NCBI RefSeq assembly: GCF_964355755.1
Contig: NC_092670.1
Span: 21,872,795 to 21,936,794 of the forward strand
Direction of reading: 5' to 3'
Length of the DNA stretch: 64,000 nt
Origin: Antedon mediterranea
Taxonomy: Eukaryota > Animalia > Echinodermata
The position numbers and the translations under genes are program-made. Positions 29,101 to 38,762 of the stretch are shown here, piece after piece (within the stretch, counting starts at the first letter, position 1; every line of letters begins with the position of its first letter). The notes under the pieces are model-generated. The model had not been told where the DNA came from. It saw only the letters and a program-made list of their open reading frames with translations, and ran no database searches.

Positions 29101-32100
29101 TCCCTTAATAGGGTGTACCCTCCCTTAATAGGGTGTACTCTCCCTTAATAGAGTGTCCCCTTAATAGGGTGTACCCTCACTAAGTTTGTCCCAAAAGAGA
29201 GGCACTTATTTGTGCTACTTCTTCCACATATGTCTCAATATTATCTATTATATCTGTCTATAAGCATATGTTTAGCTTCATGGTGTGATTGTTTGGAACA
29301 TGAATGAATGTAGTAAACCAGACTCACCTTGGTTATCTGGTGAAAGAAAAAAAGTTGATGGAAGTTTACTACTTGTGTCATTTTTAACTGCTGTCTTCAA
29401 TTTCATTGCTTCAGTAATTTCACAATATTTTGCTTCTTCTGTTGGTAAAAATAAAGGAAATTCACTCATCTAATCCTGAGAACTTAACACCACAGTTGTG
29501 AATCCGTAAACATAATGGGCCAATTAAGGCTTAATTATTTACTATGCAAGTTGGTGACCCACCTAGCAAAGTTAGCAAGCCCATAAAACCACTTACTCAA
29601 AAGGCCCATTACTGTGGTGTAATGGCTATAAGCACTCACTGCCTGAACCAAAGGGTCCCAGACCAGGAATACTAAACCAGGGGCCTTAGCCCTGTGTTTT
29701 ATGCCACTGGGCCAATGACTGGTAACTACTCTTACTTAGTCCTAAACAAGCCCATGTCTATTCAGTAGACTTACTTACGTTGTTCAAAGTCTTTTATTTC
29801 TGTCAGTAGTTGTTGAGATCTGTTATGAATTGCCTCCATAGTTACCTTAATCCGGTAAAGATCTTGCCAATTTGATTCATCTGCATTATGGGTAAAACAA
29901 GAGTATGGTACTAATAAACATTATCATTATAAAATACAGTAGATTGAATGCAAAAGGAACACAAATATCGATTGAAACTGGCTAGGCATTACAACAATAC
30001 TGAGATAAGGCTGTATATCGTAAGCGGCCGGGTGTACAACTCAATAGGTCTGAACATAGATAAGTAAAGGTATTTATTCTGGTCCTCAAGCCTATATTGG
30101 TGATCTCATGTTGTATACTGTAAGCCTTCAAGATGTTACCTGATATTTGTGCCAGTGACAGTAATTGTTGGTCTGCTTTGCCAATTAACTCCTCATATTC
30201 TTGTTCTAACCTTCGATACCTTAAATCATGATCATAAAATGAGAAACCTCCATTGGTTCTTAATAACTGCAGAGAAACCATAATGAAAATCGTTTAACAA
30301 TCGATAGATTACTCTTGAAATGGAGCATTAAAGCTCTTACTCTTTTGCACTTTTTAAGTTCACACAAGGCAGTGGTGAACTTACAAATTATAGTCCATAT
30401 TCAAGGATCATATGCTAATATGACTGTTTGCAATTTTATACATTTTTAAGCGTGGTTCCCACTAGAACACAATGCAAAGTAATGCAGCGACATATCGACG
30501 CAAAGTGTGTGGGAACCGACGACGCAACATTGCTGCAAACATCGCTACAGGAAATAAAATCAGTTCAATTTCACGCAACAACGCAAAGGCAAAAGAACAC
30601 GGGAAAACATAGTACAGCGCGTACTCAAAAGTATGCAGGTTAACCATGCTAACGTTGACGTGCAACAAGCAGGTTTGATTTCACGCAGGCGAGGGAAAAC
30701 ACAATTATTGGAAGGGCATTTCCTTATGTTGTGTCGGTTGCGTTGTGTTGCTAGTGGGAACCAAGCTTTATATACCTTTGTGTTTACACGATCAAGGAAA
30801 TACTGACATTCAGGTGTCTGCTCTGATCTTGACATGACCTCTAACACTTTGTTTATAAGACGCTCATGAGCATTGAAGGTTTTTCGGAAATGCGATGGAA
30901 ACTTTAATTTTGATCTGAAAAATATGAATACTTTATATCGTTTATTCATTTCCAAATTATGATGCTTGCTTATAAAAATAATCCTAGATTCAATGATCGG
31001 TTTATATTTGAATCATTAAAGGTGATGTGCTTTGGTTAAATTTATTATTTGTTGATTCTTACCCATCTGTTTTTAATAAAAATGGTACCTCCTCTTCTTC
31101 CTCCGTTTCATCAACTTCACCTCTTTTGTCACTTAATTGAGGTGTTAAATTCTTGGCAGAATTTTCTGATTTCACATCAGATTTCAGATGAGGCTTGGAC
31201 CTGCAATCACTCAATCTAGGGTTTTTCGCATCATCAATATCTGTGTTTGTGACATCATTACTTATGCTGTTTGTAGCATCAGTCTTTGTGCTGCTTACAT
31301 CATCAACATCTGTGCTTCTGACATCATCAGTGTGATTCTGACTGGAACTTGCATTACTTTTTAACATTTTTCTAGCAAGTATCTATAAAACAAAGGAAAA
31401 CATAATTTGTAAACATGTATACAATTTGCACCTAGTTAAAATGATTAAAGGATGGGGGAAATATTTTTATCACAAATGAAAATGAGTGTTTTATTACCTG
31501 AACATTTTGAGCAGTCCTGTTTCCTCTTGTTGAATGCTGTCTCTTAGAAGCACTATTTCTCGTCCTCTCATTGGCTGATTTTACTGTTGGATGTTGCCTG
31601 TTTGCGTTAGCAGAACCAATCTTCTTTCTCTCATTGGCTGATGCTGACAAAGCTTTCTGAGAATAACTACTTGTAACCTTTGAACTTGGACGTTTACTAT
31701 ATCTACCTATTTCAGAAGCTGATGTTGAATATTGTTTCCTAGTAACTGGAGGAATTTTAACCAATGGTTTACTTTTTGATTGTTTTGTTTGAGTTATTGC
31801 TGCCTTCTTTGCTCCTTCTTTTACCGTTACTTTTCTTTCCTTTTTTTCTGAAGTTCCTTTTTTATGAATTCCAGAAAGTGAGATTGTGGATGTATCGCTA
31901 ATTAATTTAGTGAGGTCTGATTGACTGATTACCCCAGTTTGTGATGTTTCATGAGCAGCACTCTGAACTCTATTCTTACGGTCTTGTTTATCATTGCTTT
32001 CTTTCTGTCTGGCATTAGGGGGTGTATCTTGTGATTTACCCACACATTTCTTGTTTTTTGGTTGAACAGCCTGAACAAAATGATGTAATACATTATTTCA

Positions 32101-32447
32101 GAACCCAACAACAGGAAATGTGTTTATATTTATAACATTACATTGTGATACATTACCTTAGCAAGAACATCCCTGGCTGCTTGTGCTTTAGTCAACATTT
32201 CTTCAACCTCATTCAACATCTGTGTTTCAATTTTATCTTTCTTCTTCTCTTTCACATCTTCCTTTTTATCATCCCTGGCTTTATCATTCTTTCCAGTTTC
32301 TGTACTTTTCTTCTTTTTAGGCCATGGTTTCAGTAGCTCCTTGCATTGTTGAATGACCTGTGATTCAAATTCTTTTTTTTCTTTAGCAAGAGTGTATATA
32401 CCAACTAGGTAATCTAACACCCTAAAAGAATTCATAGACAAATTCAT
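26187..32447 (-). CDS. TEDC2: Tubulin epsilon and delta complex protein 2-like (multi-exon)
   Basis: Approx. exons 32447-32157, 32071-31498, 31383-31062, 30914-30776, 30267-30140, 29881-29779, 29476-29328, 26989-26855, 26368-26187. N-terminal QQCKELLKPW...EEMLTKAQAAR and C-terminal IEYSKLNELQRL...LAAEFLPLLS...YRLTYGLLCHRGEQFPTMIVDD resemble the conserved ends of TEDC2/C16orf59 as I recall them. Confidence 0.75.
27093..27425. mobile_element. Kolobok-like MITE
   Basis: TIRs AGATGTATTGTCCCC / GGGGACAATACATCT with TTAA on both sides; second copy at 36579-36897. Confidence 0.8.
27611..29180. repeat. 20-bp minisatellite (TAATAGGGTGTACCCTCCCT)n interrupted by a LINE
   Basis: About 4.5 units at 27621-27710 and about 11 units at 28955-29178; follows a TA-CAGTAGAAC end at ~27485 typical of Tc1/mariner-type non-autonomous elements. 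Confidence 0.9.
27711..28955 (-). mobile_element. 5'-truncated non-LTR retrotransposon, Rex1/Babar-like (CR1 group)
   Basis: Uninterrupted frame from the truncation point (PHILINKL...) to stop at 28011 with RT motifs GAPQGTVLAPFLFTLYT, KFADD, LNVAKTKEM, YKYLG; AT-rich 3' UTR; (TATCTG)n tail at 27711-27742. Confidence 0.85.
30449..30767. mobile_element. MITE family B (PIF/Harbinger-like)
   Basis: TIRs AGCGTGGTTCCCACTAG / CTAGTGGGAACCAAGCT, TTA on both sides; related to 45034-45182. Confidence 0.8.
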
Positions 32448-33217
32448 CTGAAATTGTTGTATTATACAGTAATATTTTAACTAAATTAATCTAGGCCTAG
32501 TAGTAACCTCTATAGTATGGCCTCTATTAATTATTATGACTAGTTTAGTAATTGTCGGCGCAACGGTAAAATAAAACAACTACTAAATGTATAAAGTAAG
32601 TACTGCGGTAAAAGCTATGTGGTAGGTCTGCTACACTAGTATTGTGCGACTATTAGTATTAGATAACAATGAGGCTTGTTGGATATATTAGAGAACAATA
32701 ATTAATAATAATATGAATACAGGTGATTGTGTGGCGCTAACAAAAATATTTACAAAAGAACTTTTATTATTTTTAAATAATATTTATTATTAATTTCTAA
32801 TATATTATTACTAGGCCTAGGCCTACAGTACTTACTACTGACTGAAAGTAGGCTCAACTACAAAGATACTAGGCTAGAGGCCTATAGGCCTAGTAGACTA
32901 GCCAGGGTAGTCCTTCTTAGTCTTACAGCCAAGAAGTCCTACCCAGATACATACATTCTACTACACTCGCCATTTTGACTAGGCCTAGAGCTATAAACAT
33001 GTTACATTTTACCGACAGGAGGGGGGTAGGCTAGGCAGCCGGCTGAACGCAGCCTCTCTTTTTTATTTTAGGCCTACCTAGCTAGCCTACTGCAATAAAA
33101 ACGGGGAGACCTGGGGATAGGCTAGCTAGCATATCCTTCTAGGTTCGATAGTAGTCTAGTGAACAAACGTAATATACATTTACGATCAAATAAATCCTAA
33201 TCAACTAGGTTATTTAC

Positions 33218-33345
33218 CCAGACAGTTGATTGAACGTCCCGCTACTGGGCGCAGCCATCTTGTTCTTACCAATAATAATATGACGTAACACAAAATTGAC
33301 CAATCGAAATAAACCTTTCATTCAGGGTGCAAAGGTCATACGCGT
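33218..33345 (-). promoter_or_regulatory. Probable TEDC2 promoter and first exon
   Basis: Local CpG enrichment, CCAAT boxes (~33269, ~33300), CRE-like TGACGTAA (33281), AAGATGGCTGC on minus strand and a GG|GTAAAT donor at 33218/33217. Confidence 0.5.
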
Positions 33346-33820
33346 TCGAAGTTTTATACTGTAGAGTGTACCTGTGAGCGCGCATGGAGAAATAATATAA
33401 CTTATTTCACCATGCTGTGTAATTGAATGCTTTACACTAGATATTAGTATATATTATATATAAACTATATCTATATAGGTCTAGCAGGACATACAGTAGT
33501 GAATTTAATATACAGTAATTAGTTTTATGTAAAGCCATATTGCATTATTAAGTCACAACTATCAATGGTAATTGCAAGTAAGTTTTGCAAACGAACAAAG
33601 AATAAAAAACAAAATTGTACTTTTTAATTATTTTTATTTTGAATGCTACTTGCATTTAAAACAGGATGACATTATCAAAACCTGTACTAACTGGATTAAA
33701 CATTTAAAAATAATTTTGTTGTTGTTGTATTATTGTTGACTTTGGTTATCAGTTATGTATATTTTTTCTTTCATGGTTCTAAATATATTAGAAATGATGT
33801 ATAGTATTAGTTGTTCCAGT

Positions 33821-36429
33821 TTATGCAGTCCAGTCCTTGGTGACGGCACCACCCCAGTCAGTTGAAGGGGCTGGATTAGCCCAGTCCTGAGTGGCTGCGG
33901 GATCAGCAGCAGCCCAATCTTGAGATGGTGCTGGCTTGGATTTATCAGCAGCGGCCGGGGCGGCAGTTGCAGACCAGTCATCAGCTACGGGTTCGCCTGT
34001 AGACCAGTCACCAGTGGTTGCCGCACCAAATGGTGTTGGCATCATGCCGCTGGCAGCAACAGGAGCAGCTGGATCAGCGCCCCACTGTGGAGAGAATAGT
34101 ACTATTAACAACAACGAAGACACTTCAGAAATATGCTTTTCAACAAGCTGTTATAAATCGAAAGCAAGTAGGCATATCATGGGTTGTTACAACACATTTT
34201 TAGAACATGTTTGACATCTAAAAATGTATCATGGTAAATACCTATGCATGATGTCGCACAAAGATTATTCAATGTTTCTGGCTTTTCAGCACAACCAGAC
34301 CACTATTTTCTAGCCTGGCTGCTTCCTATTAAACCAGATGGGTTTACTCTTTGCCCGCTACTGGCATCTCATCTTCATCATTAACTGATGAGCGGATGTG
34401 GCGAGTGGGCAATAATATTGCAACATTAACGAAAAAATTTAAATTATACTTATTCTTACTTCCTCTACAGCAGGCTGAATAGTGTCTGGCTGTCCACCCC
34501 ACTGTTCCTGGTATCCAACATTGACAGAAGGCTCCTCTTTAGCTTGAGCCCTCTCGCGGGCATCTTGTTCATCCTTCTCAGCCTATTAAAAAAACACAAT
34601 TATAAGTTGTTTGGTACTACTTCAGTTGAAAAAGAACAAAACTAATGTGCAGTGTTTCTGGCTTTTCAGCACAACCAGACCACTGTTTTCTAGCCTGGCT
34701 GCTTCCTATTAAACCAGATGGGTTTATTCTTTGCCTGCTACTGGCATCTCATCTTCATCATTAACTGATGAGCGGATGTGGCGAGTGGGCAAAACAAGTT
34801 CAACATTGGTAAAGTTTATTTAATTGAACTAGAGTGGCTATAAAGTTTTGGATGCTTCAAGTTCCATTGGTAGATACTTACATCTTCTGGATCACGGTAA
34901 AAGTACAGATCAGGCATAATCTCCCACTGAATTTCACGACTAATGGTTCCACGGAGACGGAGCACTTCACGAGCAAGCATCCACCACATCAGGCCGATAG
35001 AATGGATACCCTGGAGGAACAAATTTAACATAAATATGCGATACCTTAGAAGTACAAACATTCTATTATTGAGTAAACATACTAAATAGAATGGATACAC
35101 TAGGTGAAGATACCTCAATGAGCAATTAAGATGCTATTTTGTTTTGTAAAAAATGAAATTTGCATATCTTAATTATTGTTTCTGGCTTTTCAGCACAACC
35201 AGACCACTGTTTTCTAGCCTGGCTGCTTCCTATTAAACCAGATGGGTTTATTCTTTGCCCGCTACTGGCATCTCATCTTCATCATTAACTGATGAGCGGA
35301 TGTGGCGAGTGGGCAAATTTGTGTAATATTTCTGTTTTTCTTACTGAAAAACAACTCTGTCATAAACAAATTAAGTAATTTTACCTTATTGTTACACGGA
35401 ATGGCAATATCAATGTGACGTAATGGAGCATCAGTGTTGCAGAGAGCAATAACTGGTATATTCACATACGACGCTTCGATTATCGGTTGGTGATCGGTGC
35501 GAGGGTCGGTCACGACCAAAAGACGTGGCTCACGGAATGCAGATTGAATCTGATTGGTGAATGTACCAGGAGTGAAACGCCCAGCAACTGGCGTGCTTCC
35601 AGTTGCCATAGCGAATTTCAACACAGCTCGCTGAAAATTAATTTAAGAAAGAAAATTAATCATTTTCAATTACACTAGTTAGCGATTTTTTTTAATGCAC
35701 TGCCAGTTTACTTTTTTTAAACTAGAACACTTAGATGCACGTTTTCTAGCCAACAAAAATACCTTGAATCAGCCTTGTGTAGTACAATAGACAAAACCAC
35801 TCTTAGGTCAGTGTATCAGCAAATATCTATTAAATTTAAAAGCATGTTTCTGGCTTTTCAGCACAACCAGACCACTGTTTGTAGCCTGGCTGCTTCCTAT
35901 TAAACCAGATGGGTTTATTCTTTGCCCGCTACTGGCATCTCATCTTCATCATCAACTGATGAGCGGATGTGGCGAGTGGGCATAAATTATTTTTTATGTT
36001 TCATTACTTTGTACATCTAAATATACACTTTCTATAAGCATACCTGGCCATATGGACGAGCTGAAATGACACAAACATCAGCTGGGTTCTCTACTGCCAC
36101 GATGGCTCTAGCTGCTAGTAGGAGCTTCTCCCAGGTGCGACGAAGATTAACAATGTAACCCCCTAAAATGATAAACAATACAATTTTATATTACAGACCA
36201 AAAATGTTATTCCATCTTGAGTAAAAGTTGTTATTGTTAGCACAGCCAGTATGAATCAAAACTTTAAATAGAAAAATAACAAGAGGGAAAATTTACCATC
36301 GCTCTTTCTTTTGTAGATGTACTGCATCATCTGAAAATCAACATTTTGTGCTCCAATATGAACACCAGAAGCAAGGAATTTGGTAACATCATCCTCTTTG
36401 AGGGATAGAATATCATGATTTCCGGACAT
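33821..36429 (-). CDS. RPSA: 40S ribosomal protein SA (uS2, laminin receptor)
   Basis: Coding exons 36429-36297, 36162-36044, 35630-35385, 35010-34882, 34582-34460, 34084-33821 splice in frame; motifs [49 protein letters not shown] and C-terminal DWS/DWA repeats. Confidence 0.98.
34270..34411 (-). ncRNA. SNORA65: Box H/ACA snoRNA, SNORA65/snR34-like, copy 4
   Basis: Hairpin-hinge(AGAGTA)-hairpin-ACA; guides CGCCAC/GCCAGT and ATAGGAA/GCTGA match conserved LSU rRNA ACUGGC-UU-GUGGCG and UCGGC-UC-UUCCUAU. Confidence 0.85.
34650..34791 (-). ncRNA. SNORA65: Box H/ACA snoRNA, SNORA65/snR34-like, copy 3
   Basis: Same structure; H box AGAATA, ACA at 34655-34653; one lower-stem substitution. Confidence 0.85.
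35174..35315 (-). ncRNA. SNORA65: Box H/ACA snoRNA, SNORA65/snR34-like, copy 2
   Basis: Same structure; consensus copy; ACA at 35179-35177. Confidence 0.85.
35842..35982 (-). ncRNA. SNORA65: Box H/ACA snoRNA, SNORA65/snR34-like, copy 1
   Basis: Same structure; differences confined to the apical loops; ACA at 35847-35845. Confidence 0.85.
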
Positions 36430-36578
36430 TTTTTATTGTCGATCGTTAAAGTTACGGGGATCAACCTGAAAAGTACAGTAGTAGTTTTAAAATTTATTCC
36501 AGAAACCTACACTACATACAGTTATACCTATAATTATATTTTAATCGGCATATATTATATATTATGCATATTTATTAA

Positions 36579-36897
36579 TGATGTATTGTCCTCCAAAAAA
36601 CATGAAGAAGATTAATAAAATCAGACTTTGAATAGGCCATTTTGCAGCTTTAATAAAGTTTCCATTCAAAAATGAGAAAAAATAACATTTTAACTTATAA
36701 AAAGACAAGATAAACGGTTAAATTCAACCAAAAACCAATTGGCTCCAGTCAATTTGACTAGAGTATTTTTTGCTTTTAAGTTTCAGTTTTTTAATGACAT
36801 ATTTTTGGTTGGTAACTAAAAGTGAATAATATGTAACATTAAAAATGCATTATTATTCAATAATTTTTTAACAATATTTTTGCAGGAAAATACACCT
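36579..36897. mobile_element. Kolobok-like MITE, diverged copy in RPSA intron 1
   Basis: TTAA-TGATGTATTGTCCTCC start and internal AAATTCAACCAAAA shared with 27093-27425. Confidence 0.65.
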
Positions 36898-37322
36898 TTA
36901 TTAATTACACAATCCATGTGGCACAATATTATAATGAACTAAAATTAATTATCTTTTTTGTATATTGCATTATTTATTATTATTAGTGTGCTGGACTGCT
37001 GAAAAAAAACTTAAGCACTTGGTCGGCTCATAACTTCATCCAGCAAGTCACTTGGTCTAGGCCTCGCCTACTACCGTATTGTGGCGAGTAGGCTACCTAC
37101 TCGCACCACCACATAATTGACGATTATTTTCACCCGACACGTCACACATGGCATGTCTGGCCTAGAAACTTTATTAAAATTAACGTTTTAAAACTCCAAT
37201 TTTCAACCTAATTTATGACTACATAGTTTCTTAAACACTTATTGCTTATAATGTTTTAGGAAAGAATGAATATTTCTTTTAAAAATTAACAAATATCATC
37301 AGTTTTGTCAGTGCCAACCTAC

Positions 37323-37358
37323 AGAGTTGTAACGCCAAATGGAGATCGTGAAGAAAGG
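37323..37358 (-). promoter_or_regulatory. RPSA: RPSA non-coding first exon with TCT/5'TOP start
   Basis: Minus strand CCTTTCTTC polypyrimidine start, typical of ribosomal protein genes, followed ~35 nt later by a GTAGGT donor. Confidence 0.7.
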
Positions 37359-38762
37359 CCGAACATCGTGCTCGTGTTCAGAAAGTCGAGCGGGAAAAGA
37401 ATTGCCAGATATTTTATATAATTTATCTACCCAATATTTTTCAATTTTCAAAAATACATTGGTACATATCTCTACCAAAAGAGATTCCAGTCACTCTTGA
37501 CTGCTTCGACTACACGCAAAAAATGAACAATAATATTTCCTATCTTTGGTCATTCTGATTTAGTCTGTTAGTTGTTCATCAATCAGTTATAAATAGACAT
37601 GGTCATTCACTCAATTAGGAAGGTAAATGACAATGTACTGGACGACGAGTCAAGGAGTAAGAATACTTGGACAAGTGTATGATTTTAAACAAAACACCAC
37701 AAACTGCTAGTTTCAATTACCATAATAAAATAACTGACCACAATGTTTAAACAATAGTTTTATTGTAAGGATTTCCACTCTATAATATATTTACCGTACT
37801 TCATCAGAATTGCAACGTGAGAAACTAAAAAAATCTATCTAGATTCCCGCCAATTAAATCTTAAATACCAATCAGCCCTTAAATTATTATATCACATTAT
37901 TTATTTTCTTTAAATAATATTTTTATAATCAAAAATTTATAATGTACACATTTTAATGTTGAAAATTAACCATTTATAATATTATATATTCAGTTTGTCA
38001 GCATTTGCTTAAAAAATTGTATTTACTAAAATAATACTAAGGTAAATCTTAAATTAGAAATAATCTGATTTTATACAGATAACAGACAATTTATAAAATA
38101 TAAAACAGAACTATAAAATATATTAGATTAAGAAAAACCTGTAATAGAAACTTGGTAAATAATTTGGCTTGTAGGGTGGGTTAAAGGGAGAATATCCAGA
38201 GAGAAAATGAAGCAAAGGAGATCTGCTTAAAAACATTATAAAACAATAAAAAATGTACTACTACTTCTTGTACATTTCTCTGAAGTTGATGATATAAAAT
38301 ACCAATACATATACCCCTTTCTTTAGAGTGGGTTACAGATTATTACATAAGGAGAATAATAATAAGTTTCTATTACAGGTTTTACAGTAAATTATAATAC
38401 AGAGCATTAACATAATATTTCTTTAATACAATAACTAAATCCCAACCACCAGCAGCATTCAGAAACCCCAACCAACAGAGGGCAGAACCCCCAAGCAACA
38501 GAGGGCGGTAGATTACACAAAACTAATTATATGAAATTTATAAAACAACTGGGCGTCATACTGACATGATTGATGATTTTTCATTTAAATTACATACTGT
38601 ACATATACTGTACTAGAGCTATACTTGAAGATAAGCTCAAATTATAAAATAAAATATGTAATAAATCTTCTTTAAAAGAATTCCAAACATCATTTTTATA
38701 ACTTATTTAAAACAACACCATACTAAAATATGAATAATAAAATATAAACATGAATGTGTAGG

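Noticed and set aside
27621-29178. 20-bp palindromic repeats as CRISPR next to an RT
   Set aside because: No spacers; eukaryotic intron; RT is a LINE type.
29480-29715. tRNA gene suggested by minus-strand TGGCCCAGTGG
   Set aside because: No intact B box or cloverleaf; at most a decayed SINE.
34270-34411. C/D box reading of the snoRNA (ATGATGA and CTGA present)
   Set aside because: ATGATGA lies in the paired upper stem and CTGA is the pocket-2 guide; no terminal C/D stem geometry.
34270-35982. Four regularly spaced direct repeats as CRISPR-like array or TE copies
   Set aside because: Repeats are ~140 nt, separated by RPSA exons, lack TIRs/TSDs and are explained as H/ACA snoRNAs.
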